64,000 nucleotides of DNA from Leptospiraceae bacterium (lineage in GTDB: Bacteria > Spirochaetota > Leptospiria > Leptospirales > Leptonemataceae). A program made the position numbers and the translations under genes. The notes beneath the pieces were generated by a model that made no database searches, was not told the origin of the DNA, and worked only from the letters and a program-made list of their open reading frames with translations. Below, in pieces: positions 29,546-38,726 of the stretch. Within the stretch, counting starts at the first letter, position 1. The number at the start of each line of letters is the position of its first letter. The stretch is from assembly GCA_040217195.1 (NCBI GenBank), contig JAVJNR010000002.1:224001-288000 (forward strand). Reading direction: 5' to 3'.

Positions 29546-30852
29546 AGGGTACCTATTACCTCCACCGGATTGAGCCTGGGGATCTTGCGGATGGCAAGAT
29601 AGGAGAGTCCAAGAGACGGTAGCATCAGAGTTAATAGAGCTATATAAGTCTCCTGAAGATTGACGATTGCCCGGATAGTTACCACGCTACCCATTTCTTG
29701 AATAGCCTTCCCCATTTCGCCTCCCAGTTCTATGGGATTTAATTCCAGGTAGTAGCCAAAACCCATTCCCAGAGCGAGCCCTGGAATAATGCCAAAGAGC
29801 AGAAGCAAAAAAATCTCCAGCATCACTACTCGGATCAAATGACTCCCTCTGGTGCCAATGGCCATCAGGATTCCAAACTCTCGCTTTCTTTCATGCAATG
29901 ACATCTCCACAGTCGTCATTACTCCGGAGGCCATAATCAAAATAAGAAAGGTGAGGGTGATTTCATTTCCAATCTGATCGAGTAAAAGATACTGAACCAG
30001 ATCTTGATTTAGATCATCCCAGTAGAGCACCACAGGATCGTAATTTCGCGCATACTCCGGAGGTAGTTCCGTCTCCGGTACAGGAAAACGTTTCTTCAGA
30101 TCATCGTATATATCTTCGGCCACCAGCGGATTTTTAGCCCCCAGCACTATGGAAGTGTAGCGAACAATGCCCTCTTCTGGATTGCCCGGTGCGAAAAGCT
30201 CTCTGGCTGTTCGAAGATCGGTCCAGAGCATATTTCCATCCAGCTCCGGATTGCCGGTTTTTACAATTCCCTGGATCTTCACTAGAGCTGCCCCGGTGGA
30301 ACCATCAAAGCGCGATCCCACGATAGAAACGATGGATCCTACTTCTGCCTCCAGATTGTCGGCCAGTCTGGTTCCGATGATTGCCTGATAGATTCGCACT
30401 CCTTCATCGTTTTCTTCTATCTGGAAATCCTGTTGAAGGTACTGACCAGAGATGATTTTTTTGTGAAGGTTACTGACCTGCATTTCCTGCTCTGGCGCGC
30501 CTCCCTGAACCTGGACAAAGGCGCTATGCTCTTTTCGTGCCACCAGACCCCCGGACGAAATTCGTGGACTTATCGCTTCAATGTCCGGGTGCTGGAGTTT
30601 CTTTTCCAGTTCTTCGGTATAATCCACGGCCCGGTCCAGTCTTCGTCGGCTTTCTACCCAGCCATAGGCCGCCACCTGTAAATAGCCGGTTGTAAGCTCA
30701 ACCATCTGATCTATGTTTTCCTGATGCGTTCCGTAAGTTAGAAATCGCATAAAGGATGTAAGGGCCACAGAAAGAGCGATGGAGACCATGGTAATGTAGG
30801 TCCTTCGTTTGTTCCTGAATAGATTGCGGGATGCCAGGCGAAATATACTCAC
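29542..30852 (-). CDS. ABC transporter permease, FtsX/LolC/E-like
   Basis: ASRNLFRNKRRT, ERKREFGILMAIG and LNPVEVI; ATGA overlap with the next gene. Confidence 0.9.
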   Translation of the reverse strand: MSIFRLASRNLFRNKRRTYITMVSIALSVALTSFMRFLTYGTHQENIDQMVELTTGYLQVAAYGWVESRRRLDRAVDYTEELEKKLQHPDIEAISPRISSGGLVARKEHSAFVQVQGGAPEQEMQVSNLHKKIISGQYLQQDFQIEENDEGVRIYQAIIGTRLADNLEAEVGSIVSIVGSRFDGSTGAALVKIQGIVKTGNPELDGNMLWTDLRTARELFAPGNPEEGIVRYTSIVLGAKNPLVAEDIYDDLKKRFPVPETELPPEYARNYDPVVLYWDDLNQDLVQYLLLDQIGNEITLTFLILIMASGVMTTVEMSLHERKREFGILMAIGTRGSHLIRVVMLEIFLLLLFGIIPGLALGMGFGYYLELNPIELGGEMGKAIQEMGSVVTIRAIVNLQETYIALLTLMLPSLGLSYLAIRKIPRLNPVEVIGTL

Positions 30853-30861
30853 ATCTGGCCT

Positions 30862-31605
30862 CTATTTTCGCAGGTTGGATTTGCTGAAGATATACGGCGG
30901 AATACCGGTATTGAACTTCAGTTGGTGGAAAATCAATGTTGTGCGTGAGACCTCCCGACCCTGTTCCAGGGAAATCATCTGGTACCTGGTGGGGATGGTA
31001 CGACCGCCCATAGTCTGAATTCGATCATAGAGCATCTTCTTCTTTAAACGGCCCTTATGATCGTAGAATTCTTGCTGCACTGGTAAAGAATCCGATTTGC
31101 GAACCTTGAGCACAATCCTGGACCAGACCACAGCGGCGCTGGGTTTCGGTATCATCTCTATAGTGTAGGTCTCTCCGTCTTTGCTCAGGAATTTATGCGT
31201 GTAATCATCCACGACATTTGTTGCCCTGAGCAGATCGTCATTGGTAAAATCTGACCCCATCCAGCTATCCTGGAGCAGGGACCCCTCTATCTTGATCTCT
31301 TTGTTAATGCTGGGCACATACTGCCACATATTGTCCTTTACTTTTAGAAAAGCGGTACCCCGGTCACGCTCGGGTTTCAGAACGCGAATGAAACCGCGGT
31401 CCGTGCTGGACTCATCCCAGATCTGCATTAGTAGGCTTCGATGAACCCGGTCCCGATCAATCTGTAGTTCCATCAGGCCTTCCGAGGTATTTCCCCGGGT
31501 CTTCTGGTCCATTTGATCCACAACCTGGCGGGCTGTGGGCTCGGCCTGTAGACTCAGGCCTGTGAACAGGAAAAAGAAGATGGTAGCTGTAGCTTTTCCG
31601 CTCAT
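30862..31605 (-). CDS. Outer-membrane lipoprotein-sorting protein (LolA-like fold family)
   Basis: Signal peptide; PERDRGTAFLK, MWQYVP and SWMGSDFTNDD signature; GAGGAG RBS. Confidence 0.88.
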   Translation of the reverse strand: MSGKATATIFFFLFTGLSLQAEPTARQVVDQMDQKTRGNTSEGLMELQIDRDRVHRSLLMQIWDESSTDRGFIRVLKPERDRGTAFLKVKDNMWQYVPSINKEIKIEGSLLQDSWMGSDFTNDDLLRATNVVDDYTHKFLSKDGETYTIEMIPKPSAAVVWSRIVLKVRKSDSLPVQQEFYDHKGRLKKKMLYDRIQTMGGRTIPTRYQMISLEQGREVSRTTLIFHQLKFNTGIPPYIFSKSNLRK

Positions 31606-31633
31606 GGAGACTCCTCCTCAGAAGTTCTTTCGG

Positions 31634-31673
31634 AACTTTCAGTAATAATTGAAAGTTTATTCCTCTCTGTCAA
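31634..31673 (-). promoter_or_regulatory. Promoter (-35 TTGACA) with overlapping palindromic operator for the ABC operon
   Basis: TTGACA on the minus strand at 31668-31673; perfect inverted repeat AACTTTCA-N8-TGAAAGTT at 31634-31657 over the expected -10/+1 region. Confidence 0.65.
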
Positions 31674-31729
31674 ATGCTTTGAGTTTTTTCTTCGAGTCGT
31701 TTGCTCTAGCGGCCAGGATTTATTTTTAC

Positions 31730-31784
31730 GAATGCCAGAATGCCAGAATGCCAGAATGCCAGAATGCCAGAATGCCAGAATGCC
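31730..31784. repeat. Tandem repeat (GAATGCCA)x6 + GAATGCC
   Basis: Six perfect 8-bp units plus 7 of 8 bases of a seventh, read directly. Confidence 0.97.
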
Positions 31785-31809
31785 GGTCTGAAATGGCCTC
31801 AAGCAGGTC

Positions 31810-34800
31810 TCACGATTTATTCTTTTCCAGCAGTGCATTGAATCCATCGGCGTTTAGAGCCGGACTGAAATAGAAGCCCTGTATTGAGTGCACTCCCAGG
31901 TCTTCCAATTTGCCCAGGGATTGAATATCTTCCACGCCCTCGGCCACCATGGTCAGTCCCAGTGCCGATGCCATTCCGGTAATCGCCTGGAGTATGCGGT
32001 ATCCTTCGCCGGTGTTGATTCTCTGAACAAAAGCTCGATCAATCTTGATCTCATCCACAGGCATTTCATGCAACTGAGCCAGAGTGGAATAACCGGTGCC
32101 AAAATCGTCGATGGCCAAGCGAAATCCTGCCTGGTGCAGTTCCAGTAAATGGGCTGTGGCATTTTCTACCTCAAGCATGGCGATGGATTCTGTGATCTCA
32201 AGAACCACATCAGATGGCTTGAGACCAACTTGCTCCACCATTTGCCTGAGCGTGGTCGCCAGGTCGCGACTGAAGAGCTGACGTCTGGAAATATTTACCG
32301 AAAGCTCCAGATCGAATCCCCGGGACTTCAGATCTGCATGATACTTCAGTGCTTTCTCCATGACTGTGCGACCCAGATCTGCAATCAATCCCATGCTCTC
32401 TGCCAGAGGGATGAAAGAATCCGGTCCTACCTTTCCCAGTCCATTGGTGCTTGGCCACCGAGCCAGAGCTTCCATACCCACGATTCGATGACTGCCAGAT
32501 TCTACGATGGGTTGAAAGTAAGGCTCAATGAGCTGGTTTTCAATGGCTTCCACCAGGTGATTTCGTATGCTTAATTGATGCTGATAGAAGGCTTTCTTAG
32601 GTAAATCAGATGCGAACTTGTAATTAAATCGACCCTGTTTCTTCGCATAGTTCAAGGCCCGGTCCGCCTGACCAATAATTTCATCCAGGTTACTGCTATC
32701 TGCCGGAAACATTGCTATACCGGCGCTGCATGTCACGTGTACCTTTTCGCCTTCCACTTCCATGGGCAGCCGAATCAGTTCCATGAGCAAAGTGGCAAGT
32801 CCTCGAACCTTTTCCGGATCAATTATCCGGTCCATGAGAAATACGAATTGATCCCCGCCCCAGCGATAGAGTCCATTCTTCAGCTCCGGAATGGCTCGTA
32901 ATTTCTCTGCGAAAAGAGCCAGAACCCGATCTCCCATCTTATGGCCCAGGATTTCGTTTATGTTGAAAAAGTGATCCAGATCTATAAGGCCCACGGCTAC
33001 AGCATGTCCCTGTGCCTCGGCCTGAAGCAGTGCTTTCTGCACATCCTCTTCCATTCTAGTGCGGTTGGGCAATCCTGTGAGGTTGTCATGATAGGCAGCG
33101 AAATGCCTTTGTTTTTCAGATATATAATCTAAAGTTGTGTCTCGAATTAGGCCTCGAATTGCAGTTCTATGATGCTCGCTGTATGCGATGAATTTCCCTT
33201 CGAACCAGCTCATTCCTGTATCTGGAGATAGAACCGGAAAACGCAACCTCACTCGATTGCGACCTTTTAGTAACGATCCCAGGGAAGCAGCCATCATCTC
33301 GCGAAAGTCTTTGTGGATTAGAGAAGGAAAGGATGTGGGGCTTCCGCTTTCCGGTAACTCTCCAAAAAATTTTCTAAATGGTTCATTGGCATTTATTACG
33401 TTGAAGCCTTCATCCATTTCTATAACAGCTTCCTCCAGAAGAGCCAGAGTTGTGAGATGGGACTTTCTTTCTTGATCAGCTCGAACTGTATCTGTAATAT
33501 CTCGGACCACTCCAACTACCAGGGACTGGTCTGCATCTTCCACCAGCCGAGTGGATATCTCCACAGGCAGGGTTGTGCCATTTCTCCGATGAAAGTTCAT
33601 GCGAAGACGGCCCCGTTTATATCCTCTCTGCTGCAGAAAGTAATCGAAGAGCCTTTTTACCCGTTTCTGTTCGCCTTCAGGAAAAATGCTGGTATATGGC
33701 CTTCCCAGGAATTGATCGCGAGGCAGGCCCAGAATTTCTTCGCATTGCAGGTTGGCTTCCAGAACGGATCCGGAGCGAAGCTCTGCCAGAAAGATTGCAT
33801 CGTTGGCACCTTCAAAAATAACGCCATACTTGGCTTCCGTTAATAAACGATCGGTAATATCTCTGGCAATAAGCTGAATTCGTCCATCCGGCATTCTTAC
33901 CGAAGACACTTCGCATATTCTTGGTTGATCGGCACTGCGGAATCGAACCCTTTGAAGGGAGATGTCCCCCTTTTCGAACAGGAATTCAGAATCCTGAACA
34001 AAGTCCTGGATGGGCCGATCGATTACCACCGATTCTGGCTTTCCCAGCACTCGTAATGCTGCCGGGTTCAGCTCTTGAATGTGTGCTCGGTCATCCAGTA
34101 CAAAGATTCCATCGGCTGCTTTCTCTCTAAGTAGCCTGGAATTCTTTTCGCTTTCTTCCAGATTACGGCGCGCCTCCTGTCTTTCCAGTTCCGCTGCTGC
34201 CCGAACGGAAATAAGCTTCAATATGGAAAACACAAATTCAGGATCTTCCAGCGGCTCCGTGGAGTACACAATCAACAGCCCATTTGGCTTTCCAGAGGTG
34301 TCATGTAACAAAACACCGGCAGCAGATCGCAGACCGTTTTTCTCAAGGCAGGTATACACCGCAGGTTGTCGGCTGGCATCGGCAATTAAACAGTAACCGT
34401 CCCGAATAACCGGCGCAGCCACCGAACCATCAATTTGAATTTCTGAATTCTGCCCAGGCTTGCCTTCATGAAAGATGGATGCAGTGTGGAAGGACTCCAT
34501 CTTTGCCGGATCCTGTACACCGGAGAAGTCGCCCAGGATAGCACCCGTAACTCCCAGGTGTCGACAGAGGGATCTGGTAAGCTCCGAGAAATATTCGTTG
34601 CCTGTGCGAGATGCAATTTCGGTAACCAGTGAAAGCGAACGATCCGTCTGACCTCGATTTCTCGCTCGCATATAGGCCATGATGGCAGGCCCTTCCTCGG
34701 TGGGAAATGCTGTACTATGGGATTCTACGGCCACACTGGTGCCGTTTTTTCGCTGGAGGCGAAAGTTAAGCGAAAAGATCTGTCCGAAGGGAAGGGTGGG

Positions 34801-35013
34801 AATGGTTTTTTCTACCACTCCTGGCATCTGACCGTCCATATAATCGGACAGATTTACGCCAATCAGCTGATCCAGGCTCTCTACACCATATAGTTCAGCC
34901 GCCGATTCATTGGCATACAGTACCTCCCAGTTGCGATGAATAATAACCGCTCCGGGAATAAGACTTAGTATTTCATCTACAGAATAATTCTTTCTTAATC
35001 GTTTCCAAGTCAT
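31810..35013 (-). CDS. PAS/GAF-GGDEF-EAL protein (c-di-GMP phosphodiesterase/cyclase); ORF open to 35172
   Basis: Several PAS/PAC repeats (RDITD), GAF, HDNLTGLPNR, GGDQF, MEALARW and IDDFGTGYS; ATG at 35013 preferred. Confidence 0.9.
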   Translation of the reverse strand: MTWKRLRKNYSVDEILSLIPGAVIIHRNWEVLYANESAAELYGVESLDQLIGVNLSDYMDGQMPGVVEKTIPTLPFGQIFSLNFRLQRKNGTSVAVESHSTAFPTEEGPAIMAYMRARNRGQTDRSLSLVTEIASRTGNEYFSELTRSLCRHLGVTGAILGDFSGVQDPAKMESFHTASIFHEGKPGQNSEIQIDGSVAAPVIRDGYCLIADASRQPAVYTCLEKNGLRSAAGVLLHDTSGKPNGLLIVYSTEPLEDPEFVFSILKLISVRAAAELERQEARRNLEESEKNSRLLREKAADGIFVLDDRAHIQELNPAALRVLGKPESVVIDRPIQDFVQDSEFLFEKGDISLQRVRFRSADQPRICEVSSVRMPDGRIQLIARDITDRLLTEAKYGVIFEGANDAIFLAELRSGSVLEANLQCEEILGLPRDQFLGRPYTSIFPEGEQKRVKRLFDYFLQQRGYKRGRLRMNFHRRNGTTLPVEISTRLVEDADQSLVVGVVRDITDTVRADQERKSHLTTLALLEEAVIEMDEGFNVINANEPFRKFFGELPESGSPTSFPSLIHKDFREMMAASLGSLLKGRNRVRLRFPVLSPDTGMSWFEGKFIAYSEHHRTAIRGLIRDTTLDYISEKQRHFAAYHDNLTGLPNRTRMEEDVQKALLQAEAQGHAVAVGLIDLDHFFNINEILGHKMGDRVLALFAEKLRAIPELKNGLYRWGGDQFVFLMDRIIDPEKVRGLATLLMELIRLPMEVEGEKVHVTCSAGIAMFPADSSNLDEIIGQADRALNYAKKQGRFNYKFASDLPKKAFYQHQLSIRNHLVEAIENQLIEPYFQPIVESGSHRIVGMEALARWPSTNGLGKVGPDSFIPLAESMGLIADLGRTVMEKALKYHADLKSRGFDLELSVNISRRQLFSRDLATTLRQMVEQVGLKPSDVVLEITESIAMLEVENATAHLLELHQAGFRLAIDDFGTGYSTLAQLHEMPVDEIKIDRAFVQRINTGEGYRILQAITGMASALGLTMVAEGVEDIQSLGKLEDLGVHSIQGFYFSPALNADGFNALLEKNKS

Positions 35014-35271
35014 GCGCCAGGGTCTGGGGAGAAGCCTATATTTTTTTTGCCCGCGAATTCTATTTCTTTTCTTTAACTCTGGGTAGCCTCCCTGCCATCC
35101 AGAGCTTCCGGGCTGTGTTCTAAATCTTGATCGGGCTTCCTTTTGCATTTCGCAATTCAAAGCGATCCTCATAAATCGAATCCTATTGAATGCGGAATGC
35201 CTTACTGAGCCCGGGAATCGATCCCATTCGCTGGTCCGATAGCGGCCAGGCTCATCCCTATTTTCGGCTTC

Positions 35272-36051
35272 TCAGCCCGCCGAAAAATCAGGTTCCTTTT
35301 TTTCTTTGAATGCAGTGAGACCAATCTTTGGCTCCTCTCGAGAGAACATCTGACTGAATTCATTGATCTCCCGTTCCAGGGCCGCTGAAAGTGGTTGTTC
35401 CGATCCGCTATGCACCAGCCATCTGGCGATCTTCTGAGCCTCAGGCCCCTTCTTGCCGGTGATGATGGCCATCATCTTTTCTGCAGTAGGCAATAGATCA
35501 CCCAGACTGACCACCTGGTTTACCAGGCCAATTTGCAAGGCACGATCTGCTTTTACCTGAGTGCCTGTTAGAATAATTTCAAGTGCCAGCGCTGGGCCCA
35601 CAAGACGAGAAAGCCTTTGAGTTCCGCCGAATCCAGGGATAATACCCAGGCCAGTTTCAGGAAGGCCCATTTTCGCATTTTCTGAAGCGATTCGCATATC
35701 GCAGGAAAGTGCCAGCTCAAGTCCGCCTCCCAGCGCAAATCCATTAATGGCTGCAATCGTTACCAGATCAGACCCAGATATTGCATTCATAGTTTTATGC
35801 CCTTTCCTGGCGAATGCTTCGGCCTGTTCCGGATTGAAGCTGGCCATCTGCCCAATATCAGCGCCTGCGCAGAATGCCTTTTCCCCGGTGCCGGTAATAA
35901 TCAATCCACGGACATCCTTGCTGGTATTTAGACTTTCCAGATGTTCATGGATCTCTGAAAGTATGTCTTCGTTCAGAGCATTTAGCGCATCCGGACGATT
36001 TATGGTTAGCAGTGCATATTGGTTCTTCTTTTCCAGACTGATGAGGGCCAT
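35272..36051 (-). CDS. Enoyl-CoA hydratase/isomerase (crotonase)
   Basis: INRPDALNAL, AFCAGADI, NGFALGGGLELAL and PETGLGIIPGFGGTQRL; ATG at 36051. Confidence 0.93.
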   Translation of the reverse strand: MALISLEKKNQYALLTINRPDALNALNEDILSEIHEHLESLNTSKDVRGLIITGTGEKAFCAGADIGQMASFNPEQAEAFARKGHKTMNAISGSDLVTIAAINGFALGGGLELALSCDMRIASENAKMGLPETGLGIIPGFGGTQRLSRLVGPALALEIILTGTQVKADRALQIGLVNQVVSLGDLLPTAEKMMAIITGKKGPEAQKIARWLVHSGSEQPLSAALEREINEFSQMFSREEPKIGLTAFKEKKEPDFSAG

Positions 36052-36198
36052 GCGATCAGAATTCTTCCGGTGCCCTCCATGCCCATAAAAAAATGAAAGC
36101 AGAGGCATTTTTGTTTGCGCTTTTCGGTATCAGGACATAATCACGAGTTCAGTTACCTGCAACCGGGCCGATAAGAAAATAGGAGGAAAGCCAGCCCT

Positions 36199-36993
36199 AT
36201 GTCTATGGATGCGAAGCACAAAGATTCAGAAGCCAGACTCCGGTCCTATTTACATGATTTGAAAGAGCAACATGGTCTGGTGGCCCTTAAAACGGGTACA
36301 GAAGTAGAGGACATGTCCTTTTCTGAAATAGCCATGTTGCGGCGCATAACAAATGGATTGCTACCTCTCCATGTTAAGATTGGCGGACCCGAAGCTCGAA
36401 ATGATATTCGAAACCTGCTGCAGATTGGGGTAGATGGAATTATTGCTCCAATGATCGAATCTGCCTATGCCCTGGGTAATTTCATTCAGACCTTGAAAGA
36501 TCTGTGCACTTCCGAACAATATGGATCGGTGGAAAAAGGGATCAATCTGGAAACCATCACGGCTTTTCGAAACATGGATTCAATTCTTACCTCCTCTACG
36601 CGAAAGGAGCTAAACCAGGTTACAGCTGCCCGAACTGATCTGTCTGGCAGCATGGAGCGATCTCCCGATGATCCTGAAGTCCTGGAAGCATGCGCATTGA
36701 TTGTGGCCCGATGCCAGGAATATGAACTTAGAACCAGCGTCGGCGGAGCTATTCATCCAGGAATCATTGAAACCCTGGTAAATCGCATTGCACCGGATAC
36801 AATCAACACAAGACATATGGTTATCTCCAGGTCTGCCCTGAGAGAAGATGGCCCGGGTCATCTTACCAGAAGCCTGGAGTTCGAATTGGAGCTATATAGG
36901 TACCTTTCTACCATTCCAGGAATTCGTCAGGAGGCCTACTCCAATCGAGTGAAGCTTCTTACAGCCAGAATGAAAAAGGCACTTCGCACATGA
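36199..36993 (+). CDS. HpcH/HpaI aldolase / citrate-lyase-beta superfamily protein
   Basis: VKIGGPEA, GIIAPMIES, INLET and ARTDLSGS TIM-barrel motifs; AGGAGG RBS. Confidence 0.78.
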   Translation: MSMDAKHKDSEARLRSYLHDLKEQHGLVALKTGTEVEDMSFSEIAMLRRITNGLLPLHVKIGGPEARNDIRNLLQIGVDGIIAPMIESAYALGNFIQTLKDLCTSEQYGSVEKGINLETITAFRNMDSILTSSTRKELNQVTAARTDLSGSMERSPDDPEVLEACALIVARCQEYELRTSVGGAIHPGIIETLVNRIAPDTINTRHMVISRSALREDGPGHLTRSLEFELELYRYLSTIPGIRQEAYSNRVKLLTARMKKALRT

Positions 36994-38531
36994 CAGATGT
37001 GCATTGGCTGGATCTTTCGCTTATAATCGCCTACTTGCTGGGTCTAATTATTTTCGGGTTGTATATTTCCCGTGGTGTCAAGACCGGAACCGACTACTTT
37101 CTAGCGGGAAAGAGTCTTCCATTCTGGGTCATTGGGATGTCCATCATTGGAACAAATATTGGCTCCAATGACTATGTCGGTTCTGCCGGTAATGCGTACA
37201 GTATTGGACTGGCCCAGGCAAATTTTGAATGGATAGGTGCTATACCGGCCATGGTACTGGGGGCCTTTTTGTTCCTTCCTTACTACTGGAGAGCCGGAGT
37301 TTATTCCATTCCTGAATACCTGGGAAAAAGATACGATGAGCGCACCAGGTTCCTGAGTGCTATTATTTTCACCGCATTCTCTTTTGTTATCGTGGGAGTC
37401 TTTCTCTGGGCCACCACCCTTATGTTGCATACCTACCTGGGCTGGCCTCACTGGGTGGGCATACTGGTTACAGGCGTTGTGGTCGGTTTCTACACAGTAA
37501 CCGGCGGTCTAAAGGCAGTAACCTACTCGGACACAATACAGCTGGTCATTATGTTTGGTGGCTCTCTGGGGGTGGCCTACTTTGGTATTGAGCAGGCAGG
37601 TGGCCTGGAAACATTCTTCTCGCGTCTTCAGACGGAACATCCGGATAAGCTTCGTGTTTTTCTACCGGCAGATCATCCGGACTTTCCCTGGCCCGGGGTG
37701 CTGCTGGGGCTGGCATTTGTGCTTTCGCCGGCTTACTGGTGCGCCAATCAGGCTGTGTTGCAGAGAACTCTGGCGGCTCGCTCCCAGTGGGATAGCCAGG
37801 CATCCATGTTGTTTGCGGCCTTCGCGAAGACTTTTATTCCGCTTCTAATTATTCTTCCTGGCTTTCTGGTTCTGGTCTTGAGCGCCGAACCGCTGGCGGA
37901 CAAGGATCAAGCTTTGCCCTGGATCATAAAGAATGTGCTTCCTCCCGGGTTGTCCGGTATTCTGTTTGTGGCCTTTATTGCGGCTCTGCAATCGTCGGTG
38001 GACTCAACTCTGAACTCCGCATCGACCATGTTTACACGAGACATCTACGGCGTATGGAAGGAGCAGTTTCGCAGAAGGCTCCATCCTGAAAGCGAAGAAC
38101 AAACTGAGGTTCGGGAAAGAAGAGAATTGAAAATGGGACGATGGGTCACCTTCACAGGTCTTGTTTTTGGTATGCTCTTTGCTCCAGTGACGGGAGAGTT
38201 CGGCGGCATCTACACTTTTATTCAGGAATCCCTGGCGCTGTTTCAGGGCCCCATACTTGCAATACTGGTGCTTGGTATTTTGAGTCGTCGCCCTACACCC
38301 ACAGGTGGATTCCTTTCGCTCTTACTGGGACTACTGGTGGCTGCTCTTTTAAGGCTGGGACTGGACTGGAATATGTTCTACGTTGCTTTCGCAAGTTTTG
38401 TATTTAGTGGACTATTCCTGTTCCTTGCCCGCCTATTCACAGAACCTCCTGAGCCAGACCATATTCAGGGACTGACTTTGCGATCTGTAATTCCTTCAGA
38501 TTCCACTTCTGGAGCGGTATCTGATGCTTGA
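36990..38531 (+). CDS. Sodium:solute symporter (SSS/SGLT-like)
   Basis: DYFLAGKSL, SIPEYLGKRY, YTVTGGLKAV, NQAVLQRTLAA and AALQSSVDSTLNS; ATGA overlap with the aldolase. Confidence 0.93.
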   Translation: MTDVHWLDLSLIIAYLLGLIIFGLYISRGVKTGTDYFLAGKSLPFWVIGMSIIGTNIGSNDYVGSAGNAYSIGLAQANFEWIGAIPAMVLGAFLFLPYYWRAGVYSIPEYLGKRYDERTRFLSAIIFTAFSFVIVGVFLWATTLMLHTYLGWPHWVGILVTGVVVGFYTVTGGLKAVTYSDTIQLVIMFGGSLGVAYFGIEQAGGLETFFSRLQTEHPDKLRVFLPADHPDFPWPGVLLGLAFVLSPAYWCANQAVLQRTLAARSQWDSQASMLFAAFAKTFIPLLIILPGFLVLVLSAEPLADKDQALPWIIKNVLPPGLSGILFVAFIAALQSSVDSTLNSASTMFTRDIYGVWKEQFRRRLHPESEEQTEVRERRELKMGRWVTFTGLVFGMLFAPVTGEFGGIYTFIQESLALFQGPILAILVLGILSRRPTPTGGFLSLLLGLLVAALLRLGLDWNMFYVAFASFVFSGLFLFLARLFTEPPEPDHIQGLTLRSVIPSDSTSGAVSDA

Positions 38532-38703
38532 GCTAAACTGGCCGCGACTACTTGCTATTGCATTCATGCTGGCTATTCTGGCTCTTTGCTTTTATCTGCC
38601 GGGCCCGCTTCACTATAAAGATTCGCTGAAAGGATGGAAAGATCTGCGAATCTGGGCCGTCTTATTGATAGCTATTCAAATCTTCCTTTACTGGATCTTT
38701 TAA
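38524..38703 (+). CDS. 59-aa two-TM small membrane protein, probable SSS accessory subunit (absent from the ORF track)
   Basis: MLELNWPRLLAIAFMLAILALCFYLPGPLHYKDSLKGWKDLRIWAVLLIAIQIFLYWIF*; GGAG at 38511; ATG overlaps the SSS 3' end. Confidence 0.75.
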   Translation: MLELNWPRLLAIAFMLAILALCFYLPGPLHYKDSLKGWKDLRIWAVLLIAIQIFLYWIF

Positions 38704-38726
38704 GCGCTTTTTCGAAATCTGGTACC

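Noticed and set aside
31602..31873. ORFs 31602-31847(-) and 31649-31873(+), and a CRISPR reading of the repeat
   Set aside because: The ORFs are by-products of the 8-bp tandem repeat; the units are contiguous with no spacers, and there are no cas genes.
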